Positions 29,732 to 38,959 are shown, counted from the stretch's first letter. The stretch: 64,000 bases of DNA from an uncultured delta proteobacterium (GCA_963793865.1 CAWCBP010000004.1:288001-352000), one strand, 5' to 3'. The notes: generated by a model from the sequence alone, not told the origin. Numbers and translations are program-made.

Positions 29732-31519
29732 CTACTCAATGGCATTGAACTTACAGGCCATGATGCAGTTCTTGCACTTGACGCACTTCTCCCGGTCAAT
29801 TGCGGCCACCTGCTTCTTTTCCCAGGTGATCGCCCCGGCGGGACAGGCCTTGAAGCACTGGCCGCACCGCTTGCAGAGCTCCGGATTCACCGCAAACTTG
29901 ATCAAGGAAATGCAGGAGTGCGCGGGGCAGCGCTTTTCCTTTACGTGGGCCTCATATTCGTCGCGGAAATAGCGCAGGGTGGTGAGCACCGGGTTGGGCG
30001 CGGTATTGCCCAGGCCGCAGAGGGCCGTGCTCTTGATGGTTTGGGCCAGATCCTTAAGCGTCTCCAGGTCTTCTTCCTTGCCCTCGCCGGCGGTGATCCT
30101 GGTCAGGATATCAAGCATCATCTTGGTCCCCACCCGGCAGGGAATGCACTTGCCGCAGGACTCCTCCTGGGTGAACCCCAGAAAGAATTTCGCGATATCA
30201 ACCATGCAGGTGGTTTCATCCATCACCACCATGCCGCCGGACCCCATGATGGCACCGGTCTGACTGATCGACTCATAGTCCACCGGGGTGTCAACCAGCG
30301 ACTCGGGAATGCACCCGCCCGACGGGCCGCCCATCTGCACCGCCTTGAACTTGCGCTTGCCCTTGATGCCGCCGCCGATATCGTAGATGATGGAGCGCAG
30401 GCTGGTGCCCATGGGCACTTCAACCAGGCCGATGTTGTTGACCGCGCCGGTCACGGCAAAGACCTTGGTGCCCTTGCTCTTTTCCGTTCCCAGCTCGCTG
30501 TACCAGCTGCCGCCGTGCAGGATGATGGGCGGAACATTGGCGTAGGTCTCCACGTTGTTTAAAATGGTCGGCTTTCTCCACAGTCCCTTGTACGCGGGGA
30601 ACGGAGGCCGCGGCCGCGGCATGCCCCGCTTTCCCTCAATGGAGGTCATCAGGGCCGTTTCCTCGCCGCAGACAAACGCCCCGGCTCCCTGGTAAATGTC
30701 AATGTCAAAATCGAAGTCCGAGTTAAGAATGTTCTTTCCCAGCAGGCCGTAGTCCCGCGACTGCCGGATGGCCACCTTGAGCCGGGAAACGGCGAGCGGA
30801 TATTCCGCGCGCACGTAAATGTAGCCCTGATGGGCGCCGATGGCCTTGGCCGCGATGGTCATCCCCTCCAGAACCGAATGCGGGTCCGCCTCCAGGATGC
30901 TGCGGTCCATGAACGCGCCGGGGTCACCCTCGTCCCCATTGCACAAAACATACTTCACCTCGCCCCTGGCCTTGGCGCAGAACTCCCACTTCAGCCCGGT
31001 GGGGAACCCCGCGCCGCCGCGGCCCCGAAGCCCGGAAATCTTGACCTCCTCGATGATGCCCTCGGGCGTCAGCTCGGTGAGCGCCTTTCCCAGGGCCTGG
31101 TATCCGTCACGTCCGATGTACTCTTCAATCTTTTCAGCATCGATGATGCCGCGGTTCCGTAATGCCCGGAGCACCTGCAGCCCGAAGAAGGAGATGTCCT
31201 GCATGCGGGGCACCGTCGCCTTCTTTTCCTCCTCCCGGTACATGAGCTTCTCGACCGGCCTTCCCTTGAGAAAATGCTCCGACACCAGCAGGGGGATGTC
31301 CTCCCGGGTGAGCCTTTGATAAAAGATCCCCTCGGGGTAGACCACCATGACCGGGCCGACGGCGCAGAAGCCGTTGCATCCGGTGATGACCACCTGCACC
31401 TCTTCCTCCAGTCCGCACTTCTTGAGCTCTTCTTGAAGCGCCGTTCGCACTTGTAGCGACTTGTTGGACACACAGCCGGTTCCGGCGCAAATCAACGCAT
31501 GTGAGCGAAAAGTTTTCAT
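29732..31519 (-). CDS. nuoF: NuoF/HydB-type NADH-binding flavoprotein with an N-terminal Trx-like [2Fe-2S] domain and C-terminal 2x[4Fe-4S]
   Basis: CAGTGC..GCNGFC; GLRGRGGAGFPTGLKW; NGDEGDPGAFMDR; GAFVCGEETAL; GGPSGG; ESCGKCIPCRVG..C; CKRCGQCFKACP and CVKCKNCIMAC. Confidence 0.93.
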   Translation of the reverse strand: MKTFRSHALICAGTGCVSNKSLQVRTALQEELKKCGLEEEVQVVITGCNGFCAVGPVMVVYPEGIFYQRLTREDIPLLVSEHFLKGRPVEKLMYREEEKKATVPRMQDISFFGLQVLRALRNRGIIDAEKIEEYIGRDGYQALGKALTELTPEGIIEEVKISGLRGRGGAGFPTGLKWEFCAKARGEVKYVLCNGDEGDPGAFMDRSILEADPHSVLEGMTIAAKAIGAHQGYIYVRAEYPLAVSRLKVAIRQSRDYGLLGKNILNSDFDFDIDIYQGAGAFVCGEETALMTSIEGKRGMPRPRPPFPAYKGLWRKPTILNNVETYANVPPIILHGGSWYSELGTEKSKGTKVFAVTGAVNNIGLVEVPMGTSLRSIIYDIGGGIKGKRKFKAVQMGGPSGGCIPESLVDTPVDYESISQTGAIMGSGGMVVMDETTCMVDIAKFFLGFTQEESCGKCIPCRVGTKMMLDILTRITAGEGKEEDLETLKDLAQTIKSTALCGLGNTAPNPVLTTLRYFRDEYEAHVKEKRCPAHSCISLIKFAVNPELCKRCGQCFKACPAGAITWEKKQVAAIDREKCVKCKNCIMACKFNAIE

Positions 31520-31540
31520 CTGCCCGTTCCTTCCTGCAGC

Positions 31541-31924
31541 TTAATAGGTCGTTTCACTGCCCACCGCCAGGGCATATTTTTCCACTATCCTGCCGCCGAT
31601 AACGTGTTCCACCAGGATCTCCCTGGTCTTCCCGTCATCCAGATCCACGTACTTGACCGGCGCTTCGCCGAGAAGCTCAACCGTGGCCATGGGCTCGCGG
31701 CTGCACAGCCCCGCGCATCCGGAGGTGGTAACGATGACATCCGTGATCTGCCGCTTGGCAATCTCATCCATAAACGCGCTCATGACCGCCCGCGCCCCGG
31801 ACGCGATTCCGCAGGTCCCCATGTGGACGGTTATCTTGGCGCGCTGGCCGCCTTCCCGGAGGGTGGTGGCGGCTTTTGATTCCTCCTTTATCCGTTTCAA
31901 GTCATCGAGCGTCAGTTTCGGCAT
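31541..31924 (-). CDS. Thioredoxin-like (2Fe-2S) ferredoxin, HydD/HndB-like
   Basis: VHMGTCGIASGARAV..TTSGCAGLCSREPMATV..HVIGG; sits between nuoE and nuoF. Confidence 0.85.
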   Translation of the reverse strand: MPKLTLDDLKRIKEESKAATTLREGGQRAKITVHMGTCGIASGARAVMSAFMDEIAKRQITDVIVTTSGCAGLCSREPMATVELLGEAPVKYVDLDDGKTREILVEHVIGGRIVEKYALAVGSETTY

Positions 31925-31954
31925 AGCTTATACCTCCTGCGAGCAGCGCTTCCT

Positions 31955-32105
31955 GCAGGCTGTTGAAAAACGCCCATCTGCTGCGTTACACTCATCCTTC
32001 GTCATTGCAGCGTACTCACATGTACGCCTCATTCCTCAGGATTTCGCGTGCCTTGCATCTGGATGTTTTTGAACAGCCTGCGGAAAACTATTTTTTCAAC
32101 AACCT
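31955..32105. mobile_element. MITE-like non-autonomous element with AGGCTGTTGAAAAA terminal inverted repeats
   Basis: GCAGGCTGTTGAAAAAC..GTTTTTGAACAGCCTGC..TTTTTCAACAACCT; a minimal copy lies at 42904-42937. Confidence 0.7.
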
Positions 32106-32634
32106 AATAATAATTTTTCTTTATGGTGTCTAAAGCCGTCGCCGGCTCCAGCAGGCCATAGGTGTCTTCGTTAACCATCATGGCCGGCGCGAGGCCGCAG
32201 CACCCGATGCAGCGCACGCCCTCCAGGGAAAATTTCTTGTCCGGCGTCACCTCGCCTTCGTGTATGCCCAGCTCCTGCTGCAGCCGCTTGTAAATTTCCT
32301 CGCTCCGCTTGACGAAACAGGCCGTCCCCAGGCAGACGCGGACATTGTATTTGCCCCGGGGCTTCATGGTAAAATAGGAGTAGAAGGAAACCACCCCGTA
32401 CACCAGGCTGGGCGAAGTGTTCAGGCCTTCGGCAATTCTGCGCTGCACCTCCGCGGGCAGAAAGCCGCACACCTCCTGACACTGCTGGAGAACGGGTATG
32501 AGCGCACCGGCCTTGCCGACGTGCTCATCGATGACCCGGTCAACCTTTTCCCACTGCTCCGCGGTTATCTCCACGGTAACGTCCTGCTGCTTCTGCGCTG
32601 ATTCTGCGTTCATTACTTGGAATACCTCCACCAT
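32104..32634 (-). CDS. nuoE: NuoE/HydC-type [2Fe-2S] subunit
   Basis: LIPVLQ..GFLP, GVVSFYSYF, VCLGTACFVK, VRCIGCCGLAP. Confidence 0.92.
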   Translation of the reverse strand: MVEVFQVMNAESAQKQQDVTVEITAEQWEKVDRVIDEHVGKAGALIPVLQQCQEVCGFLPAEVQRRIAEGLNTSPSLVYGVVSFYSYFTMKPRGKYNVRVCLGTACFVKRSEEIYKRLQQELGIHEGEVTPDKKFSLEGVRCIGCCGLAPAMMVNEDTYGLLEPATALDTIKKNYY

Positions 32635-32647
32635 GATATATATCTAT

Positions 32648-33193
32648 CTAATGCACGCCCAGCTGCGCCAGGCCCTCCTCGAGATCGCCCCTGATCAGCC
32701 CGATCACCCGGGGATCGGAAACGGGGACCTCGCCCAACTCCTTCCCGATCACCGCTGTGTCAAGGCTGTAGGTTCGGCCATCCCTGCGATGATGATAATA
32801 AAAGCTGATCCCGGGATTGCCCGCGATGAGGGTGATCAGGGTCTCAACCATGTTTCCCCAGGGCTTGCGATCAATGTGGCTTGCCTGAAAGGTACCGGTC
32901 AGCTTCGTCCCCCTGCCCGGCTCGGATTCTATGTGAACCCCGCCATTGCACGCCCGGGCCGCCTGGGCAAAGAGCGGTAATCCCAGGCCCACCTTTCTGG
33001 TCGTCCGCGTTGTCACAAAAGGATCCAGCACCCTGTCCGCCATCTTCCTGCTCATGCCCGTGCCGTCGTCGGTAATTTCTATGGTGAGCAGATCCCTGAT
33101 GCTGTCCTCGTCTATCCCGATTTCGATCCGCGTTGCCGCCGCGGTTATTGAATTCTCGGCAAGATCAAGAATGTGGAGGGAAAAATCCTGCAC
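32648..33193 (-). CDS. HATPase_c (GHKL) ATP-binding protein, hydrogenase-cluster associated
   Basis: SLHILDLAENSITAAA, DDGTGM, DPFVTTRTTRKVGLGLPL, HIDRKPWG. Confidence 0.85.
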   Translation of the reverse strand: MQDFSLHILDLAENSITAAATRIEIGIDEDSIRDLLTIEITDDGTGMSRKMADRVLDPFVTTRTTRKVGLGLPLFAQAARACNGGVHIESEPGRGTKLTGTFQASHIDRKPWGNMVETLITLIAGNPGISFYYHHRRDGRTYSLDTAVIGKELGEVPVSDPRVIGLIRGDLEEGLAQLGVH

Positions 33194-33197
33194 GCTG

Positions 33198-33947
33198 TCA
33201 CCCTACCCCGAGCACCTTTCTGCCCTCTTTTCCCCCGAGCGCCAGTCTCATCTCGCCGATGCCGGCGGCCGACATCAGAAAGACGGTCGAACTTCTGCCG
33301 ATCCCATCAAGGGAGTGGGCATCCGATGAGCTGATGAAGGGGAGATGGTCGAGCCCGGGAAACCGCCTCCGCGCCTCATCCAGGCCCGTGGCCGGCGAAA
33401 CCTCCAGCGCATCCAGCGCCAGCCCCGGCGGCACAAAGCCGAGCTGGCTGATGATGCTGTATGCCTCGCGATCAATGTGGGAGGCAACGGCAAGACCGCC
33501 CCGGGAGTGAATCAGCTCGACCACCGCTTCCAGGGGAAGGGTTGTTGCCCCGATCAGCAATTTTTCATTAAAGGACACGACCTCCTCGTGTTCATTGACC
33601 ACAACCTGGCAGCCGAAGGTTTTTTCATCGTTTTTGCCGGGGAGGTGCTCGTACACAACCCCCTGCACCTCAAGGGCATGCGCTTCCGTTTCAAAAAGGC
33701 CCAGGATGTGAATTTCTTCCCGAGTGGTTATCTCCATTCCCGCCAGCGCCGCCAGCCCGGCGTCCTGCGCCGCCTTGTGCAGGGCGGGAAAATTCTCGCA
33801 GGAGTTGTGGTCGCACACCGCAATCACCTGCAGGCCCGCCTCCACCGACCGTCGCACAATGGCACGGGGCGACATTTCGACAGGCTCGGTACAGGGAGAG
33901 AGGATGGAATGGATATGCAAATCCGCCCGATACGCCCTGAGCATCAC
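33198..33947 (-). CDS. PHP domain metal-dependent phosphoesterase
   Basis: ADLHIHSILSPC, IAVCDHNS, GMEITTREEIH, SHIDR, SSDAH. Confidence 0.9.
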   Translation of the reverse strand: MMLRAYRADLHIHSILSPCTEPVEMSPRAIVRRSVEAGLQVIAVCDHNSCENFPALHKAAQDAGLAALAGMEITTREEIHILGLFETEAHALEVQGVVYEHLPGKNDEKTFGCQVVVNEHEEVVSFNEKLLIGATTLPLEAVVELIHSRGGLAVASHIDREAYSIISQLGFVPPGLALDALEVSPATGLDEARRRFPGLDHLPFISSSDAHSLDGIGRSSTVFLMSAAGIGEMRLALGGKEGRKVLGVG

Positions 33948-34288
33948 CTCGTTCCGGAAATGCCGAGGCCGTACAGCCTGCCCACGAGCTCAAAGGTCTG
34001 CAGCTCGCTCACCATAAGCGGGACGCCTTCCTGACGAGCCTTTTCCGCCGTCTGTTCCTCGGGCTTCCTGCCCTGAACCACAACGATGCCGGCCAGCCCC
34101 TTGAGCGAGGCAACGGCGATGACATTGGGATGCGCCTGCATGGTCACCCAGATGTCGCCCTCCCTGCTGTTGGCCATGACGTCACTCAGCAGGTCGCTCG
34201 CGTAACCGCCGGTAACCTCCCCCTCCAGGTTCTCCCCGGCCGCCACCACCTTCAGCTCCAGTTTCTCCACGATATCCTTGAGCTTCAT
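33944..34288 (-). CDS. DRTGG domain protein (HPr kinase N-terminal-like)
   Basis: GGYASDLLSDVMAN..IWVTMQAHPNVIAVA..GIVVVQG. Confidence 0.85.
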   Translation of the reverse strand: MKLKDIVEKLELKVVAAGENLEGEVTGGYASDLLSDVMANSREGDIWVTMQAHPNVIAVASLKGLAGIVVVQGRKPEEQTAEKARQEGVPLMVSELQTFELVGRLYGLGISGTR

Positions 34289-34308
34289 CCCATTCCCTTC
34301 AGTGGTTA

Positions 34309-35622
34309 TCACGCACCCTTCTTGCGAATCGAAAGAGGGGCTTTCTGAGCTATTTCAAGTCCCCTGAGCAGCGATTCCATGGTCGCTTCCCTGAGCTTGA
34401 ACACGCAATCAGTGACCTCACCCCTTCCCTGGATGACATCCTCGGCAAAGGATTTACAGTTCGGGGCGCCGCATGCCCCGCAATTAATGCGCGGGAGACT
34501 CTCTAAAATGGATTCCCGCTCCTTTACTTTCCTGATCGCCTCCCTGGCATCCGTGCCCAGCGGCTGCACGGGATAGGTGGACAGCTCAACATCGCATGAC
34601 AGGTGGGCGCGCATCCGCTCCACTTCAGCGAGGTTAATGTTTAACTTCCTCCCCAGCTGCTGAATCAGTTTCATGGCCTTGATCTTGGCCAGAAAGCGAT
34701 TATCCACCGCAAGGGGGCCCCCCACGCACCCGCCGGGGCAGGCCCATAATTCCAGGTAGTTTACATTGGTGATTTTGCCGCGCTCCACGTCCTCCAGTAT
34801 TTTGATTACATTTTTAACCCCGTCCACGGCTATGGCATTCTCGATTTCGAGGCCGGCAATGCATGCGCCGGGGATCCCCGTGGCCACACCGAAGCCCCCC
34901 GAGTCGTGAAGCGGCTCAAGCGACTTGATCTTGCGGATGGCGCTAAAGAGAACCCCGTAGATATCCGAAATGGCAATGGCACCGTCCAGGGTCGGATCCG
35001 ATTTGAAGATGGGGTGATTTACGGCGATCATCTTGGCGGGGCAGGGGGTGATAAAAATGGCCCCGACATCCTGGGGGCTTATTCCCAGTATTTTGGCCTT
35101 GGCCATCTTATATGCGCCGGCGATGGCGCTGGGCGCCTCCATGGAAAGCAGATTTCCCATGAGATCGGGAAAGTTTATCTGGATCAGCCTGACAACGGCC
35201 AGGCAGACGGTTGAGATGTAGGGCTTGTTTTGAGAATAGCTCTGGAGGTGTTCCTTGAGCACCGCCGAATAAATTTCACAGGCCCTGCCCACATCATAGG
35301 CCTCGTTAAAACCCAGACCCTTAAGACCGTTTAAAATATGGTTGGGGGTAACGCCCATGCTGTACTGGGAGTACAGAACCGGAGAAGGTATGGCGATGGT
35401 GTATTTAAACCTGGTCAGGTCTTCGAACGACCCGGTCATGGATCGGACCGCCCGGGCGGGACATACCCGGATGCAGTCACCGCAGTCAATGCACCGGTCC
35501 TCCAGAATGAGGGCCTTGCCCTCACGGATGCGCATGGCCTCGGTTGGACACGCCCGCATGCACTGCATGCAGCCGGTGCATTTATCGGTTTCCACCTCGA
35601 TGGAGTGATAATATTTGCTCAT
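34309..35622 (-). CDS. Group D/sensory-type [FeFe]-hydrogenase-like Fe-S protein
   Basis: 2x[4Fe-4S] (CTGCMQCMRACP, CIDCGDCIRVCP); degenerate H-cluster motifs ISTVCLAV / FITPCPAK / ELWACPGGCVGG; C-terminal LPRINCGACGAPNC..C Fe-S domain. Confidence 0.8.
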   Translation of the reverse strand: MSKYYHSIEVETDKCTGCMQCMRACPTEAMRIREGKALILEDRCIDCGDCIRVCPARAVRSMTGSFEDLTRFKYTIAIPSPVLYSQYSMGVTPNHILNGLKGLGFNEAYDVGRACEIYSAVLKEHLQSYSQNKPYISTVCLAVVRLIQINFPDLMGNLLSMEAPSAIAGAYKMAKAKILGISPQDVGAIFITPCPAKMIAVNHPIFKSDPTLDGAIAISDIYGVLFSAIRKIKSLEPLHDSGGFGVATGIPGACIAGLEIENAIAVDGVKNVIKILEDVERGKITNVNYLELWACPGGCVGGPLAVDNRFLAKIKAMKLIQQLGRKLNINLAEVERMRAHLSCDVELSTYPVQPLGTDAREAIRKVKERESILESLPRINCGACGAPNCKSFAEDVIQGRGEVTDCVFKLREATMESLLRGLEIAQKAPLSIRKKGA

Positions 35623-36077
35623 GGCCGGTCTTTATTTCCGGTTAGGATGACCATTTCCACCCGCGTGCCCTCACCTACCACCGAGCTGATGCGCAATTCA
35701 TCGGTGTTCTTCTTGATGTTGGGCAATCCCAGGCCGGCCCCGAAGCCCATTTCCTTGATTTCCCTGGAGGAGGTTGAATAACCCTCCTGCATGGCCAGCT
35801 CGATATCCGGAATGCCCTGCCCCTCATCATCGGCAATGACCGTGAGAAGATCCGGGGTAATGGCCAGGTGAAACGCTGCATGCCGCGCATAGCACACCAC
35901 GTTCATCTCGGCTTCATAGACGGCAATAGCCGCCCGCCTGATGATGTCATGGCTTATGCCGATGTCTTTTAAAATCGCCTTAATGCTGCTTGAAACCTCG
36001 CCGGCATGAATGAAATCGCCGCCCTGTACGGCAAACTCCCGCTCCAGCAGGGGCTCAGCTTGTTTTTCCTGCATCAT
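35619..36077 (-). CDS. Anti-sigma regulatory factor / RsbT-like Ser/Thr kinase
   Basis: DFIHAGEVSS.IK..IAVYEAEMNVV..DEGQGIPDIELAMQEGYST..GFGAGLGLPNIKK. Confidence 0.88.
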   Translation of the reverse strand: MMQEKQAEPLLEREFAVQGGDFIHAGEVSSSIKAILKDIGISHDIIRRAAIAVYEAEMNVVCYARHAAFHLAITPDLLTVIADDEGQGIPDIELAMQEGYSTSSREIKEMGFGAGLGLPNIKKNTDELRISSVVGEGTRVEMVILTGNKDRP

Positions 36078-36429
36078 CAACTCTTTCAATACAACCGGAC
36101 AGGCCGTGCTTGAACAACCTGCCGCAGGTTTCAAACATGATGTAACGGGTGCAGAAGAGCGGAATCTTTTTGGCCCGGGCAAGCTTGATCGCTTCCTCGT
36201 CAGGCCTTTTGCCCCTCACGAAGACAATGCCCAGCAGCTCCAGCATTTCAGCGGTGCGCACCACTTGCGGGTTGGTAATCCCGGTTATGAGGAGCGCGCC
36301 CTCCCTGGCAAAGGCCAGAACGTCGCTCAGGAGGTCGGAAGCAAAGGCGCCCCTGATGGTATCCTCCATGCGGTCATCACCGACCACAACCTCCGCTCCC
36401 AAAATATCCGCCAGCTCTCTGAAGGTCAT
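36055..36429 (-). CDS. DRTGG domain protein
   Basis: AFASDLLSDVLAF..LLITGITNPQVVRTAEM..VFVRGKRP. Confidence 0.85.
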   Translation of the reverse strand: MTFRELADILGAEVVVGDDRMEDTIRGAFASDLLSDVLAFAREGALLITGITNPQVVRTAEMLELLGIVFVRGKRPDEEAIKLARAKKIPLFCTRYIMFETCGRLFKHGLSGCIERVDDAGKTS

Positions 36430-36458
36430 ACGCTTGAGATCTCCATGCCCGGGACCGC

Positions 36459-37646
36459 CTACCGGTCCACCTCTCCCAGGCAGATGTCAATGCTGCCGAT
36501 AATGGCAACGATGTCGGCCATCATCCGCCCCTGCGCCATGGTGCAGAACGACTCCATGTTCACAAAGGAGGGGGTTCTGATCTTCACCCGGTAGGGCTTG
36601 CTGCCCCCATCGCTCACAATATAAAAGCCCAGCTCCCCTTTTGACGACTCCACGCTGCAATACGCCTCGCCTTTGGGCACATTGAATCCCTCGGTCATCA
36701 AATGGAAGTGGATGATCAATGACTCAATGCTTTCCTGCACCAGCTCCTTCGGAGGAGGCACCACCTTGGGGCTCACGGCGTTGAACGGGCCCGAGGGCAG
36801 CCGCTCCAGGGCCTGCCTGATGATCCGGTTGCTCTGGCGCATCTCCTCCAGCCGCACCAGGTAGCGGTCATACGAATCCCCGTACCGGCCGGTGGGTATC
36901 TCGAAATCAAAGTGATCGTAGGAGGAATAGGGATTGGCCTTGCGCAGATCCCACTTTACCCCGCAGCCCCTCAGGCAGGGGCCGGAAAGCCCCAGGGCGA
37001 TGCCCTCTTCCGCTGAAATGACCCCCACGCCCTTTGTCCGGTTGAGCCAGATCTTGTTTTCGGTCAGCAGGCGCTCGTACCCGTCAATCCGAGAGGGCAG
37101 CACCTCACAGAAGGCCTTCACCTTTTCTTCAAACCCGTCAGGCAGGTCGGCGGCAAGGCCCCCGATGCGAAAGTAGCTCTGGTTCATCCGGGCCCCGCCC
37201 ACCATTTCAAACATGTCCAGGGTTTCTTCCCGCTCGCGGAAGCAGTAGAGCAGCGGCGACATGGCCCCGATGTCCAGGGCATGGGTTCCCAGCCAGATGA
37301 GATGGCTCTGGATCCTGGTAAGTTCGGCGAGCAGCACCCTGGCATACTGGGCCCGGAGCGGAACCTCCAGGTCCAGAAGCTTCTCAACCGTAAGCACGTA
37401 GGCAAGGTTGTTGATGAAGGGCGAGGTATAATCCAGCCGGTCGGTGAGGGTGATGAACTGGTGGTAGGTTTTATGCTCGGCCAGCTTCTCGATGCCCCGG
37501 TGCAGATACCCCAGCACCGGGGTTGCCTTGGTGACCACCTCGCCGTCGAGCTCCAGCACCACCCGGAGCACCCCGTGGGTGCTTGGATGCTGGGGGCCCA
37601 TGTTCAGGGTTACCACCTCTGTCCTGATGTCAGACGCTGTTTCCAT
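36459..37646 (-). CDS. nuoD: NADH-quinone oxidoreductase subunit D
   Basis: NMGPQHPSTHGVLR, GYLHRGIEK, DRLDY, C-terminal GEVDR. Lacks the NiFe CxxC motifs, so it is not a hydrogenase large subunit. Confidence 0.97.
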   Translation of the reverse strand: METASDIRTEVVTLNMGPQHPSTHGVLRVVLELDGEVVTKATPVLGYLHRGIEKLAEHKTYHQFITLTDRLDYTSPFINNLAYVLTVEKLLDLEVPLRAQYARVLLAELTRIQSHLIWLGTHALDIGAMSPLLYCFREREETLDMFEMVGGARMNQSYFRIGGLAADLPDGFEEKVKAFCEVLPSRIDGYERLLTENKIWLNRTKGVGVISAEEGIALGLSGPCLRGCGVKWDLRKANPYSSYDHFDFEIPTGRYGDSYDRYLVRLEEMRQSNRIIRQALERLPSGPFNAVSPKVVPPPKELVQESIESLIIHFHLMTEGFNVPKGEAYCSVESSKGELGFYIVSDGGSKPYRVKIRTPSFVNMESFCTMAQGRMMADIVAIIGSIDICLGEVDR

Positions 37647-37664
37647 ACTGTGCAAAGCCCCCGT

Positions 37665-38125
37665 TTATCTTCCCCGCAGCGGAAAATCTTTTCTGAGCGG
37701 ATACTCTTTAAAGCCGTCCGGGGTGAGGATCCTCCTCAAATCAGGATGATCGCTGAAGGTTATTCCCAGGAGATCGTAGCACTCCCGCTCGTGCCAGTTC
37801 GCCGTCTTCCAGACAGAAACCACGGAAGGCACGGTAAGGTCATCGTCCGGGGGGAGGTCTTCATGCGCAGCCGGTGCCGGTGCTTCATGGAATAGAGGTG
37901 ATACACCACCTCAAACCGGGGCGCCCGGCCCAGGTAATCGACGCCGCAGAGGTCGGAGAGGAAGTCAAACCCGCAGGAGGGATCTTCCTTGAGGAAGCGC
38001 GACACCTCGAGCAGGCGGGACAGCTTGACCCGTATGGTATGCTCATCCTTATAGACCGCCGTTTCTTCGATGGCCTCAGGAAAGGTTTCCTTTATTTTCC
38101 CCACCAGCTCTTCCAGGTCAGCCAT
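37665..38125 (-). CDS. nuoC: NADH-quinone oxidoreductase subunit C, frameshift at a G homopolymer near 37850
   Basis: [19 protein letters not shown]; the second frame gives [42 protein letters not shown]. Confidence 0.93.
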
Positions 38126-38603
38126 TGCTCGTTTCCCTTAAGTGTTCCTTGTCTATCTTTTTCTGAAGCTGCATGATGGCATAGAGCAGGGATTCCGGAC
38201 GGGGCGGACAGCCGGGGACGTAGACATCCACGGGGATAATCTCGTCCACCCCCTGCACCACGGCATAGGTATCAAAAATTCCGCCCGAGCAGGCGCAGGC
38301 GCCCATGGCAATGACCCACTTGGGGTTGGGCATCTGATTGTAGATCCTCCTGGCCACGGGGGCCATTTTCCTGGTCAGGGTGCCGGCAACAATCATCAGG
38401 TCTGCCTGCCGCGGCGAGGCCCTGAAAACCTCGGCGCCGAAGCGGGCAATATCATAGCGGGCGGCGGCGGTGGCCATCATTTCGAGGGCGCAGCAGGCCA
38501 GCCCGAAGGTCGCGGGCCAGAGCGACGATTTGCGGGCCCAGTTGACCAGTTTCTCAAGGGTGGTGGTGATGATGGTGTCACCAAAACAGCTTTCTACTCC
38601 CAT
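38118..38603 (-). CDS. nuoB: NADH-quinone oxidoreductase subunit B
   Basis: [36 protein letters not shown]. Confidence 0.97.
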   Translation of the reverse strand: MGVESCFGDTIITTTLEKLVNWARKSSLWPATFGLACCALEMMATAAARYDIARFGAEVFRASPRQADLMIVAGTLTRKMAPVARRIYNQMPNPKWVIAMGACACSGGIFDTYAVVQGVDEIIPVDVYVPGCPPRPESLLYAIMQLQKKIDKEHLRETSNG

Positions 38604-38959
38604 TCCAGAGCCCCTTTCTTCCATACATATATAAAGCCGACCAGCAGGATGCCGATAAAAACAGCCATTTCTAAAAAGACAAATCCTTTATACTGGTTAA
38701 ACTGCCGGAAGACAATTGCCCAGGGGTATAAAAATACCGCCTCCACGTCGAAGACGATAAACAGCATGGCAATGATGAAAAACTTGACTGAGAACCGCGT
38801 GCGCGCATTGCCCACCGGGTCAAGGCCGCATTCGTAGGGCATGAGCTTTTCCCGGGTCGCCGCCTTCCGCCCGAAAAGGGCCGACAGAGCGATGACCGCC
38901 CCCGCGAAGAGAACCGACAGAAAAAGAAAAATGATCAGCGGCGTGTATCCTTCAGCCAT
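38594..38959 (-). CDS. nuoA: NADH-quinone oxidoreductase subunit A
   Basis: [35 protein letters not shown]. Confidence 0.97.
   Translation of the reverse strand: MAEGYTPLIIFLFLSVLFAGAVIALSALFGRKAATREKLMPYECGLDPVGNARTRFSVKFFIIAMLFIVFDVEAVFLYPWAIVFRQFNQYKGFVFLEMAVFIGILLVGFIYVWKKGALEWE

Noticed and set aside
36459..38603. Group 4 [NiFe] energy-converting hydrogenase
   Set aside because: NuoD lacks the N- and C-terminal CxxC Ni ligands, and NuoB has the Complex I tandem CC motif.
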